This document shows, in pieces, positions 27,595 to 36,226 of a DNA stretch of 64,000 nucleotides. The stretch's first letter is position 1, and each line of letters opens with the position of its first letter. Both the position numbers and the translations under genes were made by a program. This stretch comes from Candidatus Rokuibacteriota bacterium. Lineage in GTDB: Bacteria > Methylomirabilota > Methylomirabilia > Rokubacteriales > DASRDR01. A model generated the notes under the pieces. That model did no database searches. It worked only from the letters and a program-made list of their open reading frames with translations, and had not been told where the DNA came from. The stretch spans positions 1,004-65,003 of the forward strand of contig JBIOVM010000098.1 of NCBI GenBank assembly GCA_044867785.1. Direction: 5' to 3'.

Positions 27595-28605
27595 TCAGCT
27601 CTGGCGGGGCGTGAGCGCCAGCATGCGGAGCGGCGATCCCGAGGCGCCGCGGATCCGCAGCGGGGGGACGACGAGGCAGAACAGGTGGACGCCCGCCGTG
27701 CCCAGCTCTTCCAGGTTCGCGTTCTCGACGAGGTAGATCCCGTTGTCGGCGATCAGGAGCATGTGGACCGGAAAGAGCTCCTTGCCGTGGACGGCGGGCC
27801 GAACCTCGTACGTCGCGGTGTCCGTCCCGGTGAGCCGTACGCCCTGGGCGACGAGCCAACGCGCGGCGTCCACGCCCGGGCCCGGCGACTTCTCGCCGAG
27901 ATAGCGGGCGTTCTCCTTGCCGAAGTACTGGCCCCACCCGGTGCGGATCAGGACCGAGTCGCCGCGGCCGACGCGCACCCCGTGCGCCTGCGCGGCGTCC
28001 TCGAGATGCTTGGCGGTGATCTCGAGGCCCGGCGGCAGGGGATCGGCCCGGCCGCCCGCCACGACGCGGGCGACGTCGAGGAGGACCGCCCGGGAGAAGA
28101 GAAGGTCGCGCGGGAAGGCTTCGATGCCGAGATCGTTCCCGATTCCGTCGGGCCGCCCGGTCGCCTGCGCCGCGTCGACGCCGCCGTGGAGCTTCATGTT
28201 CCGACCGATGTGGCCGATGGCGTCGATGGTCGGGGCCCCATGCTGACCGGAGAAGTACAGGATCTCCGAGGCCCAGGAGACTTGGCTGCCCGGAGCCGAG
28301 CCGAAGATCTCGTGGGTCTGCCGATGCGTCGCGTTGAGCGCCATCGCGTACGGCGGGTTGAGCGACAGGACGGGAGCGGACTGATCCCAGGTGAAGCCGA
28401 GATCGAAGACTCGGGCGGCGCGGACCCCGCTGATGAAGGCCTCGACGTTGACCCGCTCCGGGGTCTGCGCGGCGGCTTCGGCCGCGAGCGTCGCGGCGGC
28501 GGCCGTGGCCGCTCCGCCGAGGAACGTCCGACGGGACACCTCGCTCACGGACGCGCTCTCGCTCCGCGCCGGCTGGTGGGGACGGGCTTCGGCCTGTGAG
28601 CTCAT
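27595..28605 (-). CDS. putative cyclase family protein (kynurenine formamidase-like), Tat-secreted
   Basis: Twin-arginine signal SRRTFLGGAATAAAATLAA and a PF04199-like core (GHIGRNMKLHGG...TGTDTATYE). A GGAGG lies before the ATG at 28605. Confidence 0.6.
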   Translation of the reverse strand: MSSQAEARPHQPARSESASVSEVSRRTFLGGAATAAAATLAAEAAAQTPERVNVEAFISGVRAARVFDLGFTWDQSAPVLSLNPPYAMALNATHRQTHEIFGSAPGSQVSWASEILYFSGQHGAPTIDAIGHIGRNMKLHGGVDAAQATGRPDGIGNDLGIEAFPRDLLFSRAVLLDVARVVAGGRADPLPPGLEITAKHLEDAAQAHGVRVGRGDSVLIRTGWGQYFGKENARYLGEKSPGPGVDAARWLVAQGVRLTGTDTATYEVRPAVHGKELFPVHMLLIADNGIYLVENANLEELGTAGVHLFCLVVPPLRIRGASGSPLRMLALTPRQS

Positions 28606-28654
28606 TGCGGTCCTCCTCTGCACACGACGGGTGGACGCCGTGAGATTCGGCGAG

Positions 28655-29209
28655 TCAGAAGGCCCGGCCTCCCATGAATCGGACGACCACCAGGCCGAAG
28701 ACGAGCAGCCCCACGGCCGCCGCCACGAGCGTGCGCCAGTTCCCGAACCCTCCGGCTTGCTTCGGCGACGCCTCCCGCCGGGGCCGGCGTTCGGGCAGCA
28801 GCATCTGGGCGGTCGTCGCGGGGGCGAGCCGCAGCAGCGCGGGGTTGACCCCGAGGCCTTCGATGCCCTGACGGGCCACATCCGCCTCCCCCGACGTGAG
28901 CGCCAGGAACGTGAGGAAGGTCCCGTGCTGGAGCTCGTGTTGGACTTCGACCAGCTCGTAGGCCGGCGCCCTGTCGACGACCCAGCGCGCCACGCGGTAC
29001 CGCAGCCGCTCGTCGACCAGGGGCCCGAAGGAGAGCGCATACGCCTGCTTGGTTCCCGGCGATGCCACCGCCGGCTCCGCGGAGGGCAGGTGCGCCCCGC
29101 CGGCGCCGTTGCTGCTCTCCGGGCTCGGCTTCGGCGCGAGCCGGGCGCCGCATGCCAGGCAGAACGCGCTCCGGTCGGGAACCTCCGCCTGGCAGCTCGG
29201 ACAGGTCAC
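28655..29209 (-). CDS. zinc-ribbon domain membrane protein. Alternative start is ATG at 29248, which overlaps the aminotransferase gene.
   Basis: N-terminal CPSCQAEVPDRSAFCLACGARL ribbon and a C-terminal TM helix LVAAAVGLLVFGLVVV. Confidence 0.35.
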   Translation of the reverse strand: MTCPSCQAEVPDRSAFCLACGARLAPKPSPESSNGAGGAHLPSAEPAVASPGTKQAYALSFGPLVDERLRYRVARWVVDRAPAYELVEVQHELQHGTFLTFLALTSGEADVARQGIEGLGVNPALLRLAPATTAQMLLPERRPRREASPKQAGGFGNWRTLVAAAVGLLVFGLVVVRFMGGRAF

Positions 29210-29228
29210 CTCGGGCCCTCGGGCGCGG

Positions 29229-30575
29229 CTAGAGCCGCGCCTCGACACCGCCGATCGCGGCGTCCAGGATCGACACGATCTCGTCCGCCTGCGCGCGGGT
29301 GAGGATGAGCGGGGGAGTCAGCTTGATGTGATCGCCCATGACGCCGTCCACCGAGCCCGTGCCGGGGTAGGTCACGAGCCCGCGCGGGAGGGCCTCGAGC
29401 GCCACGGCGCGAGCCACCTCGCGCTCCGGGGGAAACGGCGCCCGCGTGCCGCGGTCGGCCACGAACTCGAGCCCGACCATCATGCCGAGGCCGCGCACGT
29501 CCCCGACGATGGGATGGCGCGCCATCAGGCCGCGCAGCCCGGCCAGCAAGTGCGTGCCGACCTCGCGGGCGTTGCGCACCAGGTCGTGCTCCTGGATGTA
29601 CCGGAGGACGGCCAGGCCGACGGCGGCGGCGACGGGATGGCCGGTGTAGGTGTGGCCGCCCACGAAGTTCGAGTTGTTGCGCTCGAAGGCTTGGATCAGC
29701 TCGTCCCGAACGATGACTGCGCCGAGCGGGATGTAGCCGCCGGAAACGCCCTTGGCGGTGGCGATCAAGTCGGGGATCACTCCCCAGTGATCTACCGCGA
29801 AGTTCGCCCCGGTCCGGCCGAAGCCGGTCATCACCTCGTCGGCGATGAACAGCACCTCGTAGCGATCGCAAATCTCGCGGATCTTCGGGAAGTATTCCGG
29901 GACGGGCGGAACCGCCCCCAGCGTCGCGCCGACCACCGGCTCGGCGATGAACGCCGCCACGTTCTCCGGTCCCTGCATCCGCAAGAGTCGCTCCAGGTAG
30001 TCGGCGCAGTATGTGTCGCAGGCGGGGTAGGTTTGCCGGAAGTGGCAGCGGTAGCAGTACATCGGCGGCAGGTGGCTCGCCTCGTTGAACATCGGGACGT
30101 ACTTGCGGCGGCGGATCGTGTGCCCGCCGAACGCCATCGAGCCCAGGGTATTGCCGTGGAAGGACTGCCAGCGCCCGACCACGATGGACTTCGAAGGCTT
30201 GCCGCGCTCGAGCCAGTACTGGCGGGCGAGCTTGGCGGCGTTCTCGGTCGCTTCCGACCCGCCCGACACGAACCACACGCGATTCAGGTCTCCGGGGGCG
30301 AACTTGGCGACGGCCTCGGCCAGGGCCTCGAGGGGCTCGCTCGTGAAGAGGTGCATCGGCACGAACGCCACCTTGCGGGCCTGCGCCGCCATCGCGTCGG
30401 CGATCTCCGGGACCCCGTGGCCGATGGACGTCACGGCGGACGAGCCGCCCGAGCCGTCGATGTAGCGCCGGCCCTCGGCGTCCCAGAGGTAGACGCCCTC
30501 GCCGCGGACGATCGTCGGATAGGCGCGTCCGAGGTCGCGGTAGAGCACGCTCGACTGGATGAGGGATCGCGTCAT
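29229..30575 (-). CDS. class III (omega) aminotransferase, PLP-dependent
   Basis: DEVMTGFGRTG motif and PLP-lysine region ATAKGVSGGYIPLGA; 448 aa. Confidence 0.8.
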   Translation of the reverse strand: MTRSLIQSSVLYRDLGRAYPTIVRGEGVYLWDAEGRRYIDGSGGSSAVTSIGHGVPEIADAMAAQARKVAFVPMHLFTSEPLEALAEAVAKFAPGDLNRVWFVSGGSEATENAAKLARQYWLERGKPSKSIVVGRWQSFHGNTLGSMAFGGHTIRRRKYVPMFNEASHLPPMYCYRCHFRQTYPACDTYCADYLERLLRMQGPENVAAFIAEPVVGATLGAVPPVPEYFPKIREICDRYEVLFIADEVMTGFGRTGANFAVDHWGVIPDLIATAKGVSGGYIPLGAVIVRDELIQAFERNNSNFVGGHTYTGHPVAAAVGLAVLRYIQEHDLVRNAREVGTHLLAGLRGLMARHPIVGDVRGLGMMVGLEFVADRGTRAPFPPEREVARAVALEALPRGLVTYPGTGSVDGVMGDHIKLTPPLILTRAQADEIVSILDAAIGGVEARL

Positions 30576-30630
30576 CGTCGCCTCCCGGGGCTGCGGCGGG
30601 TCACCGGTTCGAGGATTTGCCGCCAGCCTA

Positions 30631-30852
30631 TCACGCCTTCGCGGCGGCGATGAGCTCCGGCAGCCGCTCGAGCCACTCGGCGAGCGGCTGGTCGGCGTCG
30701 ACGACGATCTCGAGCTTGCCGCTGGGAAGGCGGCGCACCCGGCCCGGTCGCCCGGGGCCGAGGGGGATGACCAGCGCCTCGCGCGAGATGCCGAGCGCGT
30801 CCGTCACGCCGAAGATCGCCTGGATCTCTGCCAGGGTTACCCGCTCGAGCAT
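30631..30852 (-). CDS. small hypothetical protein
   Basis: 73-aa ORF with non-biased composition (MLERVTLAEIQAIFGV...); no recognisable domain. Alternative start at 30915. Confidence 0.25.
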   Translation of the reverse strand: MLERVTLAEIQAIFGVTDALGISREALVIPLGPGRPGRVRRLPSGKLEIVVDADQPLAEWLERLPELIAAAKA

Positions 30853-30968
30853 GATCGCCACCCCTTGTCCGGCGCCCGAGGGCGCCCACGTGCGTCCAGT
30901 CCTGCCCGGGGCCATCGGTCGGATCGCGAGAACCAGGCCTCCGGGTCGACGACGCCCCCGCGTTGGTC

Positions 30969-31772
30969 TTAGCGACGCCGGCGCTGCGCGGCGGTGACCG
31001 GTGGCGCGGCGGTGACCGGCGGCGCGGCGGCGACCGGCGGCGCGGTGGCGACCGGCGGGGGAATGACCTTCAGCATCGCCTGAAACCAGATGTCCGCCAT
31101 GACGGCGTAGCCGCGATCGTTCGGGTGAAGCGGGTCGCGACTCGGGCTCTGACCGAAGAGCGACCGGTCGTTCATGCCCTCGAAGATCTCCGCGAGCACG
31201 ATGTTCTCGGACGAGGCGATGTTGCGGACCTCGACGTTGATCTTGCTCACGACATCCTGCGCGCAGGGATCGTTCCGGAAGTTCGGCGTAACCGTGCCGA
31301 TGATCGGGACGGTCTTGTTGGCCTTGGCGATCTGAACCATCCCACGAAGGTTGGCGGCGGTGGAGGTCGCGTCCAGACAGTCGGTGGCGTCGTTGGCTCC
31401 TTCCATGATGAGCACGAAGCCGGGGTGATCCAACGCCAACACGCCGGGCAGCCGAGCCACCCCCCCGCGGGTCTCTTCACCGCCGACGCCGCGGTTGACG
31501 ACGACCCAGGCGGGATTGAGAGCTTTCAGCTTGCCCTGCAGGACCGCTGGATAGTTGTTGGAGGTGCTCAGCCCGAAGTCCCGGCGCTGTAGCTCGAGGA
31601 CGCCCTGGGTGATGCTGTCGCCGAACGCGGTCACCTTGAGCGGGTTGTTCGCACCGAAGTCGATCGAGCTCGACGCGCTCGTCGAGCTGCTGCTTCCCCC
31701 CCCGCAGCCGGTGGCGGCGAGGAGGGCCAGACCAAGGCAGACGGCGCCGACCGGGCGGACGATCCGGATCAT
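30969..31772 (-). CDS. SGNH/GDSL hydrolase family lipoprotein with a Pro/Ala/Val repeat tail
   Basis: Lipobox LAATGC and SGNH block I (FGDSIT). The C-terminus is PPVATAPPVAAAPPVTAAPPVTAA. The start overlaps the upstream GT2 stop. Confidence 0.65.
   Translation of the reverse strand: MIRIVRPVGAVCLGLALLAATGCGGGSSSSTSASSSIDFGANNPLKVTAFGDSITQGVLELQRRDFGLSTSNNYPAVLQGKLKALNPAWVVVNRGVGGEETRGGVARLPGVLALDHPGFVLIMEGANDATDCLDATSTAANLRGMVQIAKANKTVPIIGTVTPNFRNDPCAQDVVSKINVEVRNIASSENIVLAEIFEGMNDRSLFGQSPSRDPLHPNDRGYAVMADIWFQAMLKVIPPPVATAPPVAAAPPVTAAPPVTAAQRRRR
30987..31060. repeat. about 4 tandem copies of an 18-nt repeat (GGCGGTGACCGGYGGCGC) inside the 3' end of the GDSL gene
   Basis: Direct reading of the sequence: gcggtgaccggtggcgc / ggcggtgaccggcggcgc / ggcggcgaccggcggcgc / ggtggcgaccggcggggg. 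These encode the PPVxAA repeats. Confidence 0.7.
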
Positions 31773-32776
31773 GTGAGCCTCTCCGAGACGATCTCTCGAA
31801 TCGTGTAGATGGGCTTGCGCTGGGACTCGTGGTAGGTGCGCACGAGCATCTCGCCCAAAAGGCCGATTGACACGAACTGAAAGCCGACCAGCACGAGAAG
31901 AACGCTGAGCAGAAGAATGGGGCGGTTGGCGAGTCCGAGCCCGAGGACGATCTTCTGGTACGAGAGTACCCCGCCGAGCACGAGACCGGCACCGCCCAGC
32001 ACCAAGCCGAGGAGCCCGAAAATCTGGATCGGCCGGGTCCAGTAGCTCATGAGGAACTTGACCGTGAGGAGGTCCAGGAGAACCCGCACCGTGCGGCCGA
32101 GACCGTACTTCGACACCCCGCGCTGGCGCCGCGCGTGGCCGACCGGCAGCTCTCCGACGGTGGCGCCGACCCAGTGGCACAGGGCGGGCAGAAAGCGGTG
32201 CATTTCCCCATACAGAGCCACATCCTGGAGAATTTCCCTGCGGTAGACCTTAAGGGCGCACCCATAGTCGTGGAGGTGGACCCCGGTAATGCAAGAGATG
32301 AGCCCATTGGCGATCTGGGACGGGAGTCGGCGTGACCAGAAGGGATCCCGGCGATCATGGCGCCATCCGCTCACGACGTCATACCCTTCCTTGAGCTTGT
32401 CGACCAGCCGGGGAATGTCGGCCGGGTCATTTTGGCCGTCGCCGTCCAGGGTGGCAACCAGCTCGCCCCGGGCTAGGTCGAAGCCGGCGGCCAAGGCCGC
32501 GGTCTGGCCGAAGTTCGCCCGGAGCCGGACGACCCGGAGCGCGGGGAACCCGGCGGTCAGCTCGCGCAGCCGGGGCCACGTCCCGTCCCGCGACCCGTCG
32601 TCGACGACGATCACCTCGTAGGGACGCCCGAGGCTGTCCATGACGTCCCGCAGGCTCGTCAGCACGGGGCCAACGTTGTCCTCCTCGTTGTAGACGGGGA
32701 TGACGACCGAGAGGGCCACGCTCGGGGGCGCGGACGGGTCCTCCGCCCGCTCGCGTCCGTCCTTCGGCGGGCTCAC
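31769..32776 (-). CDS. GT2 polyprenol-phosphate sugar synthase (DPM1/ArnC/GtrB-like)
   Basis: VVIPVYNEEDNV, DDGSRDGT and DGDGQNDP (DxD) motifs plus a two-TM C-terminal anchor typical of GtrB/ArnC enzymes. Confidence 0.8.
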   Translation of the reverse strand: MSPPKDGRERAEDPSAPPSVALSVVIPVYNEEDNVGPVLTSLRDVMDSLGRPYEVIVVDDGSRDGTWPRLRELTAGFPALRVVRLRANFGQTAALAAGFDLARGELVATLDGDGQNDPADIPRLVDKLKEGYDVVSGWRHDRRDPFWSRRLPSQIANGLISCITGVHLHDYGCALKVYRREILQDVALYGEMHRFLPALCHWVGATVGELPVGHARRQRGVSKYGLGRTVRVLLDLLTVKFLMSYWTRPIQIFGLLGLVLGGAGLVLGGVLSYQKIVLGLGLANRPILLLSVLLVLVGFQFVSIGLLGEMLVRTYHESQRKPIYTIREIVSERLT

Positions 32777-33747
32777 GTGGGTTTCTCGCTCGCCACGCGA
32801 AGATCGCCCAGGGTCAGGTTGAGGACGCTCAGATAGGCCAGACCCACGAGCGTGATCGGGACGTAATTGGCCAGGTGATAGACGATCGACAGCGACAGAG
32901 CCGTGTCGCGCGCCACCCCGACGAGCGCGAGGCCCTCGACGGTGCCCACCTGGAACGGCCCGACGTAGCCGGGCGCCGACGGCAGGACGAGCGCCACCGC
33001 GATCGTGCCGAGGAGGAGGAACGACGCGTAGACGGGCAGATCCAGCCCGAAGGCGTAGAAGGTCGCCTCGACGCCGGCGGCGTTGACGAGCCAGATCAAG
33101 AGCGACAGGGCAGCGGTGGAGACGAGCGCGCGACCGTCGCTCAGGACGTCCAGGCCGGCGCGGAACGAATCAACCAGCCGTCGGGCCGGACCGGCCAGGC
33201 GGGCGGGCAGGCGCCCGAGCATCGCGGTCAGGAGGCCCATGCCCCGCCCCGTGCGCAGGACCACCAGGCCGACGAGGACCGCCACGTAGAGCGCGCACGT
33301 GAGGCCCGCCGCCCAGAGCAGGGTGCGGCCCGGGCGTAGGAACGCCAGCCCGCCCAGCAGGAACAGCAGGAGCGTGAAACCGTCGAAGATCCGCTCGATC
33401 ACGATCGTCGCGAACGGCAGCGACGGGGGCAGCTGTTCGGAGCGCCCGAGGGCATAGGCCCGGACGAACTCGCCCAGGCGCGCGGGAAGGACGTTGTTGG
33501 CCATGAAGCCGATCATCGTGACGGCGAAGAGGCGATGGACGCCGATCCGCTTGATCGGCCGAAGCAGGAGCTGCCAGCGGATGGCGGTGAGCCAGAACCG
33601 GACGAAGATCGAAGCGAGGAGCGGCACGAGCCACAGGGGCCGCACCTGGCGGAGCTGTTCGAGCACTTCCTCGAAGCTGACCCCCCGGACGGCCACCCAG
33701 AGGAGGACCGCGCTGACTGCGACCCCGATCCAGACCTTGCCGCGCAT
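32773..33747 (-). CDS. LPG-synthase-TM/flippase-like (UPF0104) integral membrane protein
   Basis: Eight TM helices with an N-terminus WIGVAVSAVLLWVAVRGVSFEEV...RFWLTAIRWQLLL characteristic of PF03706. Coupled by 4 nt to the GT2 gene. Confidence 0.55.
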   Translation of the reverse strand: MRGKVWIGVAVSAVLLWVAVRGVSFEEVLEQLRQVRPLWLVPLLASIFVRFWLTAIRWQLLLRPIKRIGVHRLFAVTMIGFMANNVLPARLGEFVRAYALGRSEQLPPSLPFATIVIERIFDGFTLLLFLLGGLAFLRPGRTLLWAAGLTCALYVAVLVGLVVLRTGRGMGLLTAMLGRLPARLAGPARRLVDSFRAGLDVLSDGRALVSTAALSLLIWLVNAAGVEATFYAFGLDLPVYASFLLLGTIAVALVLPSAPGYVGPFQVGTVEGLALVGVARDTALSLSIVYHLANYVPITLVGLAYLSVLNLTLGDLRVASEKPT

Positions 33748-33964
33748 CGCTCAGGCGGCTCGGTACCGGCGGTCGTTCGCCCCGAGGCGCCCTCCCGGGG
33801 GCGCCGGCTCGAGCCTCGAACGTGCTTGGCCCCCCGGGTGCGTCATCAGACCGGGCAGTATACCCCCCGACCTCGGATTCCGGCAACCGACCGGTCCTGG
33901 GGGCGGCGTCGACTGGAGCCTGGCCCGCCTCGCTCGCGGGGACCGGCTCTCCAGGAGCCGACGC

Positions 33965-35407
33965 TCAGGTCCGGCGGGCGATGGCGATCAGTGACAGTCC
34001 GAAGGGCAGGGGCAGAGCCGACTCGACCCGGAGAATGGGCACGAGGAGGTTCTGCAGGCGCAGCTGAAGGGCGGGGACCCGCGAGCGCCGCAGCAGGACG
34101 CTGTTCAGATACCACCCGAGGACCCCGACCCGGTTGAAGAACGCCATGTGCTCGACCTGGAATCCGGCCTCCGTCAGGCGCGAGACGAGCCCGGTCCGGT
34201 CGTAGCGCCGATGATGGTCAATCGCGCGGTCGATGGCGCCGTACAGCCGCTGATGGGCCGGGACGAGCAGGAGCAACCGTCCACCGGGGACGAGGGCGTC
34301 GTGCACACGGCGGAGCGCCTCGCGGTCGTCCTCGACGTGCTCGAGGACGTTCAGGCACAGGACCGTATCGATGCCCATCGCGGCGAAGGGCGCGGGATCG
34401 AAGCTCGTGAGGTCGAGTGGCACGACCTCCACCCGGGTGTGGCGCTCGAACGTGTTCGAGAGGATCCGGAGGTACCGAGGGTTGAGGTCGGTGGCCACCA
34501 CCAGCTCGCGCCCCATGAGGTAGCGAGTGAAGCTCCCGATGCCAGAGCCGATCTCGAGGACCCGCTGCCCCAGCCAGGGCGAGAGCTGCTGGAACATCCA
34601 CTGGTTGTAGCGCTCCGCCCGAGACAGCCGCAGGAGGGTCTTGTAGCCGGGGTCGGCGTTTTCCTGGTCGTCGACGAACGCGTAGCGGAGGATCGTCCAG
34701 AGGGCGACGATCCCGTCCGTCCAGCGGATCTTCTTGCCCTCCCAGTAGGCGCGGCCGGCGTACGAGATCGGCACCTCGTAGATCCGCGCGTGTACCTTCG
34801 CGAGCTTGGCCGTGAGTTCCGGCTCCACCCCGAAGCGGTTCGAGCGGATGGGGATGCTCTTGATGATGTCGGCGCGGAAGACCTTGTACCCCGTCTCCAT
34901 GTCGGTGAGATTCAGGTTCGTGACCATGTTGGAGACGAGCGTGAGCGTCTTGTTGGCGATGTGGTGCCAGAAGTAGAGGACGCGCCGGGGGGTGCCCGTG
35001 AAGCGCGAGCCGTAGACCACGTCCGCCTTCCCCTCGAGGATCGGCGCGAGCAGCTTCGGGTAGTCGCGCGGATCGTACTCGAGATCGGCGTCCTGGACCA
35101 GGATGATGTCTCCAGTGGCCTCGGCGAAGCCACGCCGGAGGGCGGCGCCCTTCCCCTGATTCGGCTCCTGATAGTAGATCCGGATCTCGTTCTTCTCGTC
35201 GGCGGTCCCCAGCTGGCGCGCCTCGGCCAGCTCGGCTTCCAGCCGGCGCAGGTAGTCGCGGGTGCCGTCCGTGGAGCAGTCGTCGACGATGACGATCTCC
35301 TTCGGCAGCGCCACGGCCTGAATGCGCTCGAGGATCTCGGGAAGCGTGAGCCGCTCGTTATAGACCGGAACCACGACGGAGAGCCGCGAGGAAGGGACCG
35401 GTGTCAC
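33965..35407 (-). CDS. bifunctional GT2 glycosyltransferase / class I SAM-dependent methyltransferase. Alternative start is ATG at 35548.
   Basis: N-terminal [18 protein letters not shown] and QDADLEYDP (DxD) motifs. The C-terminal methyltransferase has motif [12 protein letters not shown] and post-I DLN. Confidence 0.7.
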   Translation of the reverse strand: MTPVPSSRLSVVVPVYNERLTLPEILERIQAVALPKEIVIVDDCSTDGTRDYLRRLEAELAEARQLGTADEKNEIRIYYQEPNQGKGAALRRGFAEATGDIILVQDADLEYDPRDYPKLLAPILEGKADVVYGSRFTGTPRRVLYFWHHIANKTLTLVSNMVTNLNLTDMETGYKVFRADIIKSIPIRSNRFGVEPELTAKLAKVHARIYEVPISYAGRAYWEGKKIRWTDGIVALWTILRYAFVDDQENADPGYKTLLRLSRAERYNQWMFQQLSPWLGQRVLEIGSGIGSFTRYLMGRELVVATDLNPRYLRILSNTFERHTRVEVVPLDLTSFDPAPFAAMGIDTVLCLNVLEHVEDDREALRRVHDALVPGGRLLLLVPAHQRLYGAIDRAIDHHRRYDRTGLVSRLTEAGFQVEHMAFFNRVGVLGWYLNSVLLRRSRVPALQLRLQNLLVPILRVESALPLPFGLSLIAIARRT

Positions 35408-35425
35408 CGCGGCATTATAACAAGG
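35408..35425 (-). promoter_or_regulatory. TATAAT -10 box 6 nt upstream of the GTG start of the GT2-MT gene (candidate leaderless promoter)
   Basis: The minus strand reads ...cttgTTATAATgccgcgGTGaca. TATAAT is rare in DNA of this GC content. Confidence 0.35.
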
Positions 35426-36226
35426 CCCACCCTCCGGCTTTCGATTCCGCCCGAGGCTTCCGCCCTTAGCGAATGGATGGCTCGGGGCGGGGCTCGGGGG
35501 CCCGGCTCCCGTCACGCGGGCGGGGAGTCCTCCCGCCGCCGCCACCACATCCGGATTCCACGGTCAGCCGCTCCACGACGAGGACCCCCGGAGCCGGCGC
35601 ATCTCGCTCGCCCGAGCCCCCTGGAGGACAAGCTCGACGATCCGAGCGCCTCGGGGAAGATCCAACATCGCCCGGTCCGTGTGGCCCTGGTAGCCCGCAG
35701 AGACCGGCCACGGCCGCGCCCCGGCCGGCCGGCCGTGACGGACCGGGCCACCGGGACGATCGATCGCCCACTCCACCGTCTCGACTCCCGCCCGAAGCGG
35801 CATTGCCGTCACCGTCCCGTCGTCTTCCAGTCGTAGCCGAGCCCCGCGCGGTGAGAGGAGACCGCGAGCTCCCAGGTGGGGATGAGCTGCACGGCCGAGG
35901 CGCCCGCCGCGACGAGTGGAACCAGCAGGCGCGTCGTCGCGCGGCGCCCGACGAGCGTGAGACCAAGCGCGACGGTGACGAGCGCGACGTGGTAGAAGAG
36001 CTGTGGATGCCCGGGGCGAGAGACGCGATGCCCAGCGCCGGTCCGCCGATCGCTCCCCAGCGCCGTCGTTCGGTTGCGTCGGCCTGCACGAGGCAGGCGA
36101 GATCGCGGGCAGCCACGCGATCGTGTCGAGCATCGTCCAGTGGTGGGCGTGACCGAGCATGAAGCCCGAACAGATCTCCTCGACGTCGACCTCCGACCAC
36201 CAGCGGTGAGGGCAACGGAGCGCGGG

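Noticed and set aside
33841-33870. GTATAC palindrome (TATAC on both strands) in the 217-bp gap upstream of the flippase/GT2/GDSL operon as a -10 element
   Set aside because: It lies about 110 nt from the nearest start with no matching -35, and a palindromic hexamer could equally be a restriction-type site. Evidence is insufficient to call a promoter.
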